Virus record (IMG/VR): IMGVR_UViG_2513237219_000007
Span: 1-37,503 of that record
DNA from: a virus
Lineage: Duplodnaviria > Heunggongvirae > Uroviricota > Caudoviricetes
DNA length: 37,503 nucleotides
Reading direction: 5' to 3' (one strand)
Position numbers and translations under genes: made by a program. Under the pieces are notes generated by a model, which saw only the letters and a list, made by a program, of their open reading frames with translations, was not told the DNA's origin and did not search any database. Positions 1-9,954 of this stretch are shown in pieces; position 1 is the stretch's first letter; each line of letters starts with the position of its first letter.

Positions 1-483
1 ATGACGAAGAAAAAAGCACATAAACCTGGTTCAGCGACCATCGCGCTTAACAAGCGCGCCCGTCACGAATACTTTATCGAAGAAGAGTTCGAAGCGGGAC
101 TTGCCCTGCAAGGCTGGGAAGTTAAATCCCTGCGCGCAGGAAAAGCCAATATCAGCGACAGCTACGTCCTTCTGCGTGACGGAGAGGCATTTCTGTTTGG
201 CGCTAACATCACGCCAATGGCCGTGGCCTCCACGCATGTGGTGTGCGATCCTACCCGTACCCGCAAGTTACTTCTCAACCAGCGCGAACTGGACTCATTG
301 TACGGTCGCGTCAATCGAGAAGGCTATACCGTAGTGGCGCTCTCCCTGTACTGGAAAAATGCCTGGTGCAAAGTGAAAATCGGCGTCGCCAAAGGTAAGA
401 AACAGCACGATAAACGTTCAGATATCAAAGAGCGCGAATGGCAGGTGGATAAAGCACGTATCATGAAAAACGCCCACCGTTAA
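1..483 (+). CDS. smpB: SsrA-binding protein SmpB
   Basis: 160-aa ORF ([30 protein letters not shown]...) recognised as enterobacterial SmpB; located immediately upstream of tmRNA as in E. coli. Confidence 0.95.
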
Positions 484-697
484 ACCTGCACTCCAATTAT
501 TGACCAGTTCCTCACCGCGCCTCCCTCTCCGGCGGCGCGAATGAACATCTTATTGGCTATCACATCCGACACAAATGTTGCCATCCCATTGCTTAATCGA
601 ATAAAAATCAGGCTACATGGGTGCTAAATCTTTAACGATAACGCCATTGAGGCTGGTCATGGCGCTCATAAATCTGGTATACTTACCTTTACACATT

Positions 698-1060
698 GGG
701 GCTGATTCTGGATTCGACGGGATTTGCGAAACCCAAGGTGCATGCCGAGGGGCGGTTGGCCTCGTAAAAAGCCGCAAAAAATAGTCGCAAACGACGAAAA
801 CTACGCTTTAGCAGCTTAATAACCTGCTTAGAGCCCTCTCTCCCTAGCCTCCGCTCTTAGGACGGGGATCAAGAGAGGTCAAACCCAAAAGAGATCGCGT
901 GGAAGCCCTGCCTGGGGTTGAAGCGTTAAAACTTAATCAGGCTAGTTTGTTAGTGGCGTGTCCGTCCGCAGCTGGCAAGCGAATGTAAAGACTGACTAAG
1001 CATGTAGTACCGAGGATGTAGGAATTTCGGACGCGGGTTCAACTCCCGCCAGCTCCACCA
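698..1060 (+). ncRNA. ssrA: tmRNA (transfer-messenger RNA, SsrA), 363 nt
   Basis: Starts GGGGCTGATTCTGGATTCGACGGG; internal tag reading frame GCAAACGACGAAAACTACGCTTTAGCAGCTTAA (787..819, ANDENYALAA-stop); tRNA-like 3' end GGTTCAACTCCCGCCAGCTCCACCA. Confidence 0.95.
1016..1060 (+). repeat. attL: 45-bp ssrA 3'-end core shared with attR
   Basis: ATGTAGGAATTTCGGACGCGGGTTCAACTCCCGCCAGCTCCACCA occurs identically at 36064..36108. Confidence 0.85.
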
Positions 1061-1070
1061 AATAAATCAA

Positions 1071-1099
1071 GGGGTTACGTAAAAGCGTAGCCCCTTTTT
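1071..1099 (+). terminator. Rho-independent terminator after ssrA
   Basis: Hairpin GGGGTTACG-loop-CGTAGCCCC (one G-U pair) followed by TTTTTCTTT. Confidence 0.6.
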
Positions 1100-1118
1100 C
1101 TTTGGTAGTGGCGGCAAA

Positions 1119-1157
1119 ATGGCGACAGACTTTTGCGTCCATCTTGCCTGTCGCCAT
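1119..1157. promoter_or_regulatory. Perfect 10-bp inverted repeat upstream of BRCT-domain gene (candidate operator or hairpin)
   Basis: ATGGCGACAG (1119..1128) and CTGTCGCCAT (1148..1157) separated by 19 nt; AAGAGG RBS follows before the ATG at 1184. Confidence 0.35.
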
Positions 1158-1183
1158 CTTGAAATCATGCAAAGAGGTTTCAC

Positions 1184-1666
1184 ATGGAAGAACTTCACTT
1201 TGTTTACATCAATGCAAATGGTCGTATCGGAGTTCACTCAATACAGAGCATCAGTTATAGCGAAAATCATATACAGGGCATTTGTAAGAACACCGATCGA
1301 ATAAAAACCTTCCGAAAAGACCGCATTCTTAAACAGTACGATTCACCAGAACAAGCCATTCAGGAATGCGCGTCATTCCTCCCCGAAAACTACTCACACC
1401 TCACTAAGCAGTCTGGTCCGAAAAAAAATACATTCGATGTGTGTTTCACCGGATTTAAGAAAGCAGATAAAGAAAGATTGGTTGATAAGGCGAATGAACA
1501 AGGATTAACGGTAAGAACCTCTGTAACCCAAAGCCTTCAGATGCTCTGTTGCGGTTACAATGCAGGCCCATCAAAAGTATCGGCAGCCAGGATGAAAGGC
1601 ACAATCATCATAGATGAGCCTGGCTTTATACATTTTCTTGAAACGGGTGAGATCCCAGATGAATAA
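1184..1666 (+). CDS. BRCT-domain protein (accessory gene between attL and ogr)
   Basis: 160-aa ORF; C-terminal half CFTGF..ERL..EQG..V..SVT..CCG..G.SKV..A..G.II.E..F..FL matches the BRCT fold pattern of NAD-ligase C-termini; N-terminal about 80 aa unassigned; own RBS. Confidence 0.6.
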   Translation: MEELHFVYINANGRIGVHSIQSISYSENHIQGICKNTDRIKTFRKDRILKQYDSPEQAIQECASFLPENYSHLTKQSGPKKNTFDVCFTGFKKADKERLVDKANEQGLTVRTSVTQSLQMLCCGYNAGPSKVSAARMKGTIIIDEPGFIHFLETGEIPDE

Positions 1667-1692
1667 AAACCTGCCGTAGCAGGTTCTCTTTC

Positions 1693-1911
1693 TCAAAAAT
1701 TCATATGCCCCTGACCACCTGGCAATGGATGTGGAGGAGCAGTAGCAATCAGTGCGGGTGTCACAATAAACCGGACCACTGTTTCATGGGTAACAAAAGT
1801 GCTCCCGCAGTTAATATTTTGGCACTGGCAGTAACGCTCTTTGGTGCTTTCAGTTACTTGAAAACTGCTCCTTGTGTGTGCCGCATGACCACACTTTGGA
1901 CAATTCATCAT
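1693..1911 (-). CDS. ogr: Ogr/Delta-type zinc-finger late-gene transcriptional activator
   Basis: MNCPKCGHAAHTRSSFQVTESTKERYCQCQNINCGSTF resembles P2 Ogr (CxxC..CxxxxC); likely start at the internal Met near 1908..1911, giving about 71 aa. Confidence 0.85.
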   Translation of the reverse strand: MMNCPKCGHAAHTRSSFQVTESTKERYCQCQNINCGSTFVTHETVVRFIVTPALIATAPPHPLPGGQGHMNF

Positions 1912-1979
1912 ATCCAGATCCCTACCTTTGCTATCAGAATCATTGTAATGATACACAAAATATCAATATTGAGAACACT

Positions 1980-3080
1980 TTATTCCATTTCAAGATCATC
2001 AATCTTCACTTCGAGTTCAATACTGGTCGTAAAACCATTATCCGGGCTGACGGTATGAGTCAGAGTCGTAATGGTCCATTCCGCATCATCTATCGGTTGT
2101 TTAAAGCCACTAACTTTCACTGGCATTTCCGTGTAAAGATCTGCCCGCCCTTCCGCCAGTTGTAGCGAGAATGACGCAACGCCGCGTTGCAGGCGTTCCC
2201 ACTGCATTTTCGCTGCCCGTTCAGCGTTGCTCCGGTTGGCATAAGTGCGATTAAGTACCAGCACGTTTTCATCCGTACCCACCAGGTAATCGCCCTGCTT
2301 CGCTTCCGGCTCTTTCTTCTGCTTCTTAGTTCTGCGCTTACGCTTCACCGTGGTGCTTTCTTTCTTCGCAGGTTCGCGGGTATGCAACCAGCTGGCAATT
2401 ACGCCCGTGTAGGCTCCGCGATCTGCCAGGGTAAATCGGTGACTGTCGCCGTCCTTGCGTGTGATAGTGATCACTGGCAGAGGTTTACCAGTGGCGCTTT
2501 TGCCCTGCCCCTGCCGGATGAATAACAGATTGCCATTTTTCACCGACGCGATGGCACCGTACTGTCGCGCCAGCCGCATCAGAAAACTGCCGTCACTCTC
2601 ATTAGTCTGGTCTATATGCTCCACGGGCTTATCCGACAGGTCTTTACCCAGTGCCATCTTCAGCTTGTGCCGCGCGGCTATTTCCTTCACCACTTCCCCG
2701 ACGGTGGTCTTATGCCACGATTTTTCACGGCGGGTATTCAGCGTTTCCCGAAAATCAGCACTTCGCGCCCGGATAGTCAGGCGGTCCGGTGCGCCAGTGT
2801 GTTCAATCTCGTCCACTGTGAATGCCCCTTTCGGGAAAAGCGGCTGCCCCTTCCAGCCCAGCGCCAGCGTAATAACCGCACCACGGCGCGGCAGCACGAT
2901 TTTTCCGTCAGCGTCATCCAGCTCCAGATCAAGCTGGTCCGCTTCAAAGCCCCGGTTATCCGTCAGCGTCAAACTCATCAGGCGGTTATCCAGCACAGTG
3001 GTGATATCCCTGCCCTCAATACTGATGCTGAATGCGGGAGTTTTGTTGCCTTTGTTAAGCAGTTCAGAGCTGAAATTCAC
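1980..3080 (-). CDS. Tail protein gpD (P2 D-like)
   Basis: 366-aa ORF at the P2 D position downstream of U; recognised as P2 late control gene D family. Confidence 0.85.
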   Translation of the reverse strand: MNFSSELLNKGNKTPAFSISIEGRDITTVLDNRLMSLTLTDNRGFEADQLDLELDDADGKIVLPRRGAVITLALGWKGQPLFPKGAFTVDEIEHTGAPDRLTIRARSADFRETLNTRREKSWHKTTVGEVVKEIAARHKLKMALGKDLSDKPVEHIDQTNESDGSFLMRLARQYGAIASVKNGNLLFIRQGQGKSATGKPLPVITITRKDGDSHRFTLADRGAYTGVIASWLHTREPAKKESTTVKRKRRTKKQKKEPEAKQGDYLVGTDENVLVLNRTYANRSNAERAAKMQWERLQRGVASFSLQLAEGRADLYTEMPVKVSGFKQPIDDAEWTITTLTHTVSPDNGFTTSIELEVKIDDLEME

Positions 3081-3562
3081 GACAGCAGCCCTCCCACCGT
3101 TTTACTGATATCGCTTAAGGCAGACGTTGCCGTGTCCTGCAGATTATTCAGTTGCGCACTGAGATCACCGAACATATCGGACAGGGATTCATCCACTCGT
3201 TTGAGCGACAGGGTGAACTCAATCCGGCGCGGCATACCGTCGCGGAAAAACTCCGTTTTAGTCTGATTCAGTCCCTCAATCACATACATGCCGTAAATCG
3301 TGCCGCTGCCTTCAATCAGGGGCCATGCTTTCCCCTGTTCTGCCATCTGCTCCAGTGCCAGCAACGACAGCCTGCCGCCTGTTATTTCCGGCATAAGAAC
3401 ACCGGAAAGCGTCAGCATGTCGTTTTCCGGTCCCAGAAACTGCGTGGACGGACGTCGGTTTACCCGACTGTTTGCCGCATGTCGCCAGCTGCGTTGATAC
3501 TGCAGTTCCTGATACGGAACGGTGCGCAGCATAAACACGTACAATCCCAGCACCATCATCAT
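3077..3562 (-). CDS. Tail protein gpU
   Basis: 161-aa ORF, P2 gpU-like, start overlaps T stop. Confidence 0.85.
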   Translation of the reverse strand: MMMVLGLYVFMLRTVPYQELQYQRSWRHAANSRVNRRPSTQFLGPENDMLTLSGVLMPEITGGRLSLLALEQMAEQGKAWPLIEGSGTIYGMYVIEGLNQTKTEFFRDGMPRRIEFTLSLKRVDESLSDMFGDLSAQLNNLQDTATSALSDISKTVGGLLS

Positions 3563-6500
3563 GCGTCGTATCCCCCCTGATCGCTGTAGTTACTCCTGGC
3601 TTTTGCCTTCAGCCTGCGTTCACGTTCATCAAGCTGGCGTGCCACCTCCCGCGCAATATCCTGCGCACTTTGTCCTGGCTGCGTCTGAATGATGATCTGC
3701 GTCGGTGCCTCAATCCGTTGAACGAGCGGCACAGTGGCTGCGCGACTCACAATTGCTTCTCCACCTTTCGCGGGAAGTGCCAAGGGGTGCAACGGTGGAA
3801 GCTCTGCTGGCGCGGCAGCAACGCCCATCATTCCGGCAACAACGGCAGCCAGTGCAGCTGTATTTCTCCGGCTGGTCACATTTGCCGGGCCGTTAACAAT
3901 TTCCGGCCCGTTTTCACCGACGATGCCAAACTGCCCGCGCGGGATATACCCGCCGCTGTCATACATCCCCGCAAAGCCATATCCCCATGATGGAAAACCA
4001 CCCGATGGCATCATCACTTTACCGTCTGCATTCACCGTCGCAGGTTGCTGACGCGTCACGCTTTCCGGCAGTTTTGCCTTTGCGGCCTCTTTACTGACAA
4101 TGCCGAGCTTCTCCAGCAACCAGGAAACGCCGGATTTCAGGGAGTCCAGCGGATGCATGACCATATTCAGCCCTTCCGCCAGTGCCTCCCCGAATCGCCG
4201 CCCCATTGCCGCTGCGCTCTGCAGTTCGGCAGAGGTCGACTTAACGGGCGTCAGCAGATCAGTAAACCAGCCCCACAGCGCCTGCACTTTGTCGCCAATC
4301 CACTGGAACACGGGCTTAAGCGGTTCGAACGCTGCACTGATGGGACCTGCCGCCGCTTTGAATCCTTCCACCACGCCACCGAGAAATGCGGTGATGGGTT
4401 GCCAGTATTTCCAGACAACCAGCGCCACGCCCGCCAGTGCAGTAACCACAAGACCTATCGGACTGAGCAGAGCACCTAACAGACCAGATATGGCATACAG
4501 GGCAACGCGCAGCATCGCCAGTGGACCAGATGCCAGTACTCGCAGCACCGTGCCTGCGGCGGCCAGTCCACCGCGCAGTACCGCCAGAGGATTCATAAAC
4601 ATCACAGCAACAGCACGTAAACCGGATAATCCAGACCGCAAAAGTGCAACCGGCGCACCTGCTACAGTTTTCAGGACATTTCCCGTCAGTGATGCCGTGC
4701 GGCGCAAAGACGACAACGGCGCAGTAAGTAAACCTGCGGCGTTGCCCGATGAAGCAAGCCCGCGTCGCAGCAGTGCCAGTGGTGCGCCAGCCAGCCAGGA
4801 CAACGCGCTGCTGGTTCGAGTTACTGCTGCCGTAACGGAAGATAACGTTTTGATACCCAACACAGAGAATCCCAGACGGATCACTGCCAGCGGCCCCAGC
4901 ACTGCAGCCAGCGCCACCGCTAAGGTGCCGAGGCCGACGGTAACCGCAGCCACAACAGCCGATGCTTTCATCAGTGTGCCTGTCAGTTCCGGGTTAGCTT
5001 CCACCCAGCGACGCAACGCCCCCGTGACGCTTTTCACCGTGTACAGAATATCCATCAGCGGCTGGCGCAGCGTTTCGCCCAGGCTGCTGAAGGTGTTCTG
5101 CGCTCCGGTTTTGACCAGCAACCACTGCGCAGAAAGTGAATCCTTGTTAATGTCGGATTCTTTCTGCATGGAGCCAAGCGCATCATTGCCCGCTGTCAGT
5201 TTTAACTGACGCTGCAGTTCCGGCAGGTTGTTTGCCAGTTTCGCCGCGTCATCGCCAAACTCTTTACCAAACAACATAGTCATGGCAGACAGGCGCTTGT
5301 CCTGCGGCAGCGCGTTTACCTTCTCCAGCACGCGCTGGATGGTTCCCATCGCATCCTTCGTCATCTGCTTTTCAATCACTTCAGGATTGAGTTTCAGCAG
5401 ATTCATCCCTTCAAAGAAACTCTTGCTTTGCATGGTGGCAATGGACAATTCACGCACCATCGCGTTTGCTGCACTGGCTGCAACCTCTGGCGCAGCGCCC
5501 AGTGTCAGGAAGGTGGAACCCAGCGCCGCCGCTTTACGATAATCCAGACGGTCAGCCACACCGCCCAGACGTTGCATCACATCAATGATGTCTGCCCCTT
5601 TCGACATGGCGTTATCATCCAGATAGTTCAGCGCATCACCGAGCTGTTCAATATTGCGGGTGGGGATTTTGTAGAGCTGGGCGATTTTCCCCAGACTTTC
5701 TGACAGTTCATCCGCTGGCAGCTCAAAGGCTGTTGCCGCCTTTGCTGCCGTACTGGCGAAGGCCAGCAGGTCACGTTTCTGATCTTCCCAGCTGTCGTCA
5801 GGGTTTGCGACGTTCATGCGCGCACCACCTTCAACCAGTGCAGCGAAGTCCACCGCACCGTTTTCCATCGGCAACTGTTCGCTGGCAGCCTTGATGGCAT
5901 CCTGCATTTCATAAAAACGTGCAGTGCGGTTGCCATTATCGTCACGCAGACCATTGACCTGCTTTGCCACACCTTTCATGGCATCTTCCATGCTGGTATA
6001 GCTTTTTACTGCCGCCATCACTGGCGCACCCATTGCCAGCCCTGCAGCCGTGGTGGTGGCTCCGGCACCTGCAATACGATCACGCACCTCCAGCGAACGG
6101 GCATAACTGGCACGCGCTGCATTCATCCTGCGCTGAGCTTCCCCCAGTCGCTTCAGCCGCGCCTCCTGTTTCGAAAGTTCCTGGTTATAACGTGATGTTT
6201 CACGGGCTAAACGGGCAGTTGCTCCCGCATCGTCTTTCGCAGAAATTCCCGCCCGGTACAGTTCAGCACGCACAAGCGCCGTCTGCTGCTGCAGCTTTTT
6301 CTGGCGTTCTTCCAGGCGCTGAACAGCCAGCCGTTGACGGCCCAGAGCAACAACCTGACGTTGCGAAGGCGGCCCCATCGCTCCCAGTTCCTGACTGAGC
6401 AAATTTGCACGCTGGCGGGCATAGTTCAGCCTGTCGCCTAATTTCTGATTTTCTGCCTGCAGCTTTCGGAAGCTGTCCAGACTGCTCCCGGCCTGATCAA

Positions 6501-6636
6501 GCTGCTTTATTGCATCGCGGGATTTTTTGACAGCAGCAGCCAGTTCTCTTGAACTGGCCTGCGCAGATCGAAATGGGCGGGTGAGCTTGTCAACCGCATT
6601 AAGAATGACCTGCAGACGCAGGTTGTTATCACTCAT
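3559..6636 (-). CDS. Tail tape-measure protein gpT
   Basis: 1025-aa ORF with coiled-coil N-terminal region and a hydrophobic Ala/Leu/Gly-rich repeat region; position between E/E' and U. Confidence 0.85.
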   Translation of the reverse strand: MSDNNLRLQVILNAVDKLTRPFRSAQASSRELAAAVKKSRDAIKQLDQAGSSLDSFRKLQAENQKLGDRLNYARQRANLLSQELGAMGPPSQRQVVALGRQRLAVQRLEERQKKLQQQTALVRAELYRAGISAKDDAGATARLARETSRYNQELSKQEARLKRLGEAQRRMNAARASYARSLEVRDRIAGAGATTTAAGLAMGAPVMAAVKSYTSMEDAMKGVAKQVNGLRDDNGNRTARFYEMQDAIKAASEQLPMENGAVDFAALVEGGARMNVANPDDSWEDQKRDLLAFASTAAKAATAFELPADELSESLGKIAQLYKIPTRNIEQLGDALNYLDDNAMSKGADIIDVMQRLGGVADRLDYRKAAALGSTFLTLGAAPEVAASAANAMVRELSIATMQSKSFFEGMNLLKLNPEVIEKQMTKDAMGTIQRVLEKVNALPQDKRLSAMTMLFGKEFGDDAAKLANNLPELQRQLKLTAGNDALGSMQKESDINKDSLSAQWLLVKTGAQNTFSSLGETLRQPLMDILYTVKSVTGALRRWVEANPELTGTLMKASAVVAAVTVGLGTLAVALAAVLGPLAVIRLGFSVLGIKTLSSVTAAVTRTSSALSWLAGAPLALLRRGLASSGNAAGLLTAPLSSLRRTASLTGNVLKTVAGAPVALLRSGLSGLRAVAVMFMNPLAVLRGGLAAAGTVLRVLASGPLAMLRVALYAISGLLGALLSPIGLVVTALAGVALVVWKYWQPITAFLGGVVEGFKAAAGPISAAFEPLKPVFQWIGDKVQALWGWFTDLLTPVKSTSAELQSAAAMGRRFGEALAEGLNMVMHPLDSLKSGVSWLLEKLGIVSKEAAKAKLPESVTRQQPATVNADGKVMMPSGGFPSWGYGFAGMYDSGGYIPRGQFGIVGENGPEIVNGPANVTSRRNTAALAAVVAGMMGVAAAPAELPPLHPLALPAKGGEAIVSRAATVPLVQRIEAPTQIIIQTQPGQSAQDIAREVARQLDERERRLKAKARSNYSDQGGYDA

Positions 6637-7065
6637 CGTTGGCCCCGCTTCTCTGAATCGCTTTATACCGCCATTCCAGCACTTCGGTCAGCGGCATAAC
6701 GTCAGTAACGGATGGCGGCCAGTGAAAAATGGTGGCGATATCTGCCACCAGATCGTCAACCGTCAGGCTGTCGGTAAACCGGCAAGCACCGACTTCTTCA
6801 ACAAAAAAGTGACAACCTCAACCGACATGGCAGTGAGATCTGCCGGGTCCATCTCTGCAATTTCCTGTGCAGTCAGTGCCGGACTGGAGATGCGGGGGAT
6901 CACGGTCATCATCGCGTTTACATCCATATCCATAATGGCCTGCAGGCGTGTACCGCGCAGCGCACCGGACTGCGGTTTACGCAGCACAATTTCGGTGATT
7001 TCTGTTTTACCGCGCTTGATGGGGGTATCCAGTTGAATGGTCTTTTCAGTCTGCTTATCGCTCAT
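6629..7065 (-). CDS. Tail assembly chaperone E+E' (predicted product of programmed -1 frameshift)
   Basis: Slippery TTTTTTG heptamer on the minus strand at 6802..6808 near the 3' end of E; the -1 frame stays open to a TGA at 6629..6631, giving about 145 aa. Confidence 0.6.
6763..7065 (-). CDS. Tail assembly chaperone gpE
   Basis: 100-aa ORF (MSDKQTEKTIQLDTPIKRGKTEITEIV...) at the P2 E position. Confidence 0.8.
   Translation of the reverse strand: MSDKQTEKTIQLDTPIKRGKTEITEIVLRKPQSGALRGTRLQAIMDMDVNAMMTVIPRISSPALTAQEIAEMDPADLTAMSVEVVTFLLKKSVLAGLPTA
6802..6808 (-). promoter_or_regulatory. Programmed -1 ribosomal frameshift slippery site (TTTTTTG)
   Basis: Heptamer read directly on the minus strand inside the E gene. 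Confidence 0.55.
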
Positions 7066-7119
7066 TTTGCTGTCCTGTCAATTGGGTTCTGGCGCGGTAT
7101 CCCGCGCCGTTCAGATATA

Positions 7120-7635
7120 TCAGAGGCCGAGGGCGTTGCGGTGCGCTTCCATCAGGTCCACACCGTCCACAATTTCCACCATGTTGATAAGGTCCACTTC
7201 ATAGAGCACCTCACCATTGATGGTCAGCTTCGCGTAGCTGTTGGTACTGGTCACTTTGGTGGTGTTGCTTTCGCCCGTCTTCCACTCGCCGGAATCCACT
7301 TCTTTGTGACGTCCACGCACGACAAGCTCCACGGCCTGCACTTCCCCGGTATCGTCACGCTGAATAGAGCCGGTAAAGCGCAGCTGGATGCCATCCACCG
7401 TGGCTTTACCCATCTGTTTAAACAGCAGCAATTCAGTACCACCAATGGAAAATTCTGTGTCCAGCGCACTGTCATCAAGCCCCAGATCCACATCCACCGC
7501 ACCCGGCATTCCGCCGCCGCGATACTTCTCATATTTGCGGGTAAATTTCGGCAGCGTCAGCGACTCAACGATCCCCTGCCAGTTGTTCCCGTCGTTAAAC
7601 AGGTTCAGGTGTTTTAATTTGCGTGGTAAAGCCAT
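7120..7635 (-). CDS. Tail tube protein gpFII
   Basis: 171-aa ORF, P2 FII-like, directly downstream of the sheath gene. Confidence 0.85.
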   Translation of the reverse strand: MALPRKLKHLNLFNDGNNWQGIVESLTLPKFTRKYEKYRGGGMPGAVDVDLGLDDSALDTEFSIGGTELLLFKQMGKATVDGIQLRFTGSIQRDDTGEVQAVELVVRGRHKEVDSGEWKTGESNTTKVTSTNSYAKLTINGEVLYEVDLINMVEIVDGVDLMEAHRNALGL

Positions 7636-7644
7636 GTTGTCCCC

Positions 7645-8817
7645 TTACGCGCTGACCTGGCTGGCGAAATTCACCAGGTACTGATCGGTGATGCGCTGAC
7701 GCAGCATCAGGTTTTCAAGTGGCGGCACTGGCGTGTAGTCGTAGTCGATGGTGAGTTTTCCGGCTTTCAGCGTGTCTTTGTCGTTCACCGACTCATCCAG
7801 CCAGCAATCACCACCAATGAGATAGCCCTGACTGACCAGGCTGCGCATTTTGGCGCGGATACCTTCGATAATGTCGCGGGCCAGCGACGGGTTAAGCGGT
7901 TTATCCACCGCCCACATGTGTGCTTCTGCCATCGTGTCCATCAGCACCTGCGCCGTGCGGGTGTAGTTTTCGAAGGCAAAGAGCGGGTCATCACTCAGGC
8001 AGCGGGAACCCCAGAAGCGGAAACCGTCTTTACGCACAAGCGTGGTGACGTCGTTCTGGTTCAGCAGACCTGCATCGGTTGCCGGGTTCTGCAGATCCCA
8101 GAACACATCTGCAGAAATTCCGGTGACACCGTTCACGCCCACGTTGGACAGGCTTTTGTGCCATCCGGTCTGCTCGTCAATTTTGGCGCGCAGACCAAGC
8201 GCACGGGCGGTGGCATATGCCGTTGCTTCGGCATTCAGCACCGTGTCCCAGCCAGTAAAGTCAGGCCAGATCAGCATCCCTTCGCGCTGGCTGAAGTTTT
8301 CGCGGTAAGTGATCGCCTCCTGCACTGTCTTGCAGCCATACGCTGACAGGTAAGCAAATCCACGCAGGCTTTGCGCCACGCTCAGCAACTCAGTAGCTAC
8401 CGCCTTGGTGTCGTGGCCTGGCACGCCGAGAATGCGCGGTTTAACGCCGAGCTGTGACTGGGCAGATAACAGGGCTTTCATACCTGTTTTTTTACCTTCA
8501 GCAGTCACTGCGCCGATGATATTGGTCGTGGTTTCGTCTTCCGTTTCACCCTGCGGCACACGCACAACAATGGTCACGGGTTTTGCCTGGTCAGCGATGG
8601 CATCCAGCGAACGGGCCAGAGTACCTGACTCACCCGCTTTACCGCTGGCAGTCAGCACATCAGTGATCAGCACGGGTTTATTAAGAGGAAACATTTTTGC
8701 ATCGGCATCATCGCCCGTGCAGACCATACCCACGATGGCGGTGCTCACCGTGGTAATAGATCGGGTGCCTTCGTTGACTTCAACAACGCGCACCCCGTGG
8801 TGGTAATCCTGAGCCAT
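7645..8817 (-). CDS. Tail sheath protein gpFI
   Basis: 390-aa ORF, P2 FI-like ([19 protein letters not shown]...). Confidence 0.9.
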   Translation of the reverse strand: MAQDYHHGVRVVEVNEGTRSITTVSTAIVGMVCTGDDADAKMFPLNKPVLITDVLTASGKAGESGTLARSLDAIADQAKPVTIVVRVPQGETEDETTTNIIGAVTAEGKKTGMKALLSAQSQLGVKPRILGVPGHDTKAVATELLSVAQSLRGFAYLSAYGCKTVQEAITYRENFSQREGMLIWPDFTGWDTVLNAEATAYATARALGLRAKIDEQTGWHKSLSNVGVNGVTGISADVFWDLQNPATDAGLLNQNDVTTLVRKDGFRFWGSRCLSDDPLFAFENYTRTAQVLMDTMAEAHMWAVDKPLNPSLARDIIEGIRAKMRSLVSQGYLIGGDCWLDESVNDKDTLKAGKLTIDYDYTPVPPLENLMLRQRITDQYLVNFASQVSA

Positions 8818-8893
8818 AGTGGCGAACCTCCTGATTGGATTAGGCTTCGCCCTATGTTGAAGTGATTGTGCCTGACAAACAGCTAAGCGCAGT

Positions 8894-8911
8894 TGTGTCG
8901 TTATTCACACA
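8894..8911. promoter_or_regulatory. Candidate Ogr-binding dyad of late promoter P_F (TGT-N12-ACA)
   Basis: TTGTGTCGTTATTCACACAA in the 142-bp region upstream of FI; extended TTGT..ACAA dyad shared with the sites at 14945 and 20853. Confidence 0.5.
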
Positions 8912-8959
8912 AAATAACGGTATTTGTCTGCTTGCAGGGATAATCAACATAATGCTGAT

Positions 8960-9532
8960 TCAGGGGGATTCATTGATCTTATTTGCCGGAAATTTTCTAT
9001 AAATGGTAGAAACGCCTACATCAAAAATCAGTGCAATACGCTGTATTGATTCTCCGGCCTCGAGTAAACGCCCAATCTGTGCCCACTGTTCGGTGGTCAA
9101 CTTAGGACGGCGTCCACCTACTCTGCCTTTGGCACGAGCTGCAGCCAGCCCTGCCCTGGTACGTTCAACTATCAGTTCGCGTTCCATTTCAGCCAGGGCA
9201 CCCATGACATGAAAAAAGAAACGGCCCATTGGGGTACTGGTATCAATACTGTCAGTCAGGCTTCTGAAATTCACACCACGCTGGCGCAACTCTTCTATCA
9301 GCGTAACAAGATGCCGCATACTGCGCCCCAACCTGTCCAGCTTCCAGACAACCAGCGTGTCTCCTGCCGATAGTGTCCTGAGTAGTTTTTTCAGCCCCGG
9401 TCTGTCGGACTTAGTGCCACTGATTTTGTCCTCAAAAATCTGCTCACATCCCGCGCAGTTCAGTGCATTACGTTGCAAATCGGTGTTCTGGTCATTTGTT
9501 GACACGCGTACATAGCCAATAAGCATGATCAT
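8960..9532 (-). CDS. Serine-recombinase DNA invertase (Hin/Gin/Cin/Pin family)
   Basis: 190-aa ORF, MLIGYVRVSTNDQNTDLQ... with catalytic Ser motif and C-terminal HTH; adjacent to the tail-fibre inversion site. Confidence 0.9.
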   Translation of the reverse strand: MIMLIGYVRVSTNDQNTDLQRNALNCAGCEQIFEDKISGTKSDRPGLKKLLRTLSAGDTLVVWKLDRLGRSMRHLVTLIEELRQRGVNFRSLTDSIDTSTPMGRFFFHVMGALAEMERELIVERTRAGLAAARAKGRVGGRRPKLTTEQWAQIGRLLEAGESIQRIALIFDVGVSTIYRKFPANKINESP

Positions 9533-9581
9533 CCCCCTGAATAAAAACCGGAGATGATGCCAGTTAGCTGTTACCTCTGCA

Positions 9582-9607
9582 TTTTCTTAAACGTTGGTTT
9601 GGGAGAA
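9582..9607. repeat. Left inversion crossover site (hix/gix-like, 26 bp)
   Basis: TTTTCTTAAACG TT GGTTTGGGAGAA; its reverse complement shares 14 bp (TTCTCCCAAACCAA) with the site at 11413..11438. Confidence 0.65.
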
Positions 9608-9952
9608 GCGGCGAAAAGGGATGTGGGCACAGGAGATAATCAGATACCGGATATGGGAGCATTCGCTTCTGGTTCGGGATGGTTCAGGCTACCAGGTGGA
9701 TATATTGTTCAGTTTGGCACTTTTTCAGGAAACACGACCCGCTTTATCAGTGGACACTTCCCTATACCATTCCCTAATCAGCCGATGGTTTCAGTCAGTG
9801 TTATGTCTGATGCCGTTCAGTCAGACCCGTCGAATCCTGCCCCGCAGGTTTTGTCTGTAAATTTTGAACATATCAGTAATTCAGCGTGGCGTGTGGCAAC
9901 CAGTGATATCTCACAGCAATACAGATTCAGTTATATTTCGATAGGACGGTAG
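9594..9952 (+). CDS. Silent alternative tail-fibre C-terminal cassette (expressed only after inversion)
   Basis: Open frame running from the crossover core; begins with the same GLGE codons as the active H variable part; followed by its own tail-fibre assembly gene. Confidence 0.65.
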
Positions 9953-9954
9953 AA

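Noticed and set aside
484-697. ssrA promoter in the smpB-ssrA intergenic region
   Set aside because: Candidate -35/-10 hexamers are present but I could not fix a convincing spacing by eye, so no promoter feature is reported.
2187-6398. Many long plus-strand ORFs (e.g. 2455..3266, 4100..5209, 5964..6398) overlapping the minus-strand tail genes
   Set aside because: Antisense to well-recognised P2 tail genes (D, U, T) in GC-rich DNA; such stop-free antisense frames are expected and have no start or RBS context.
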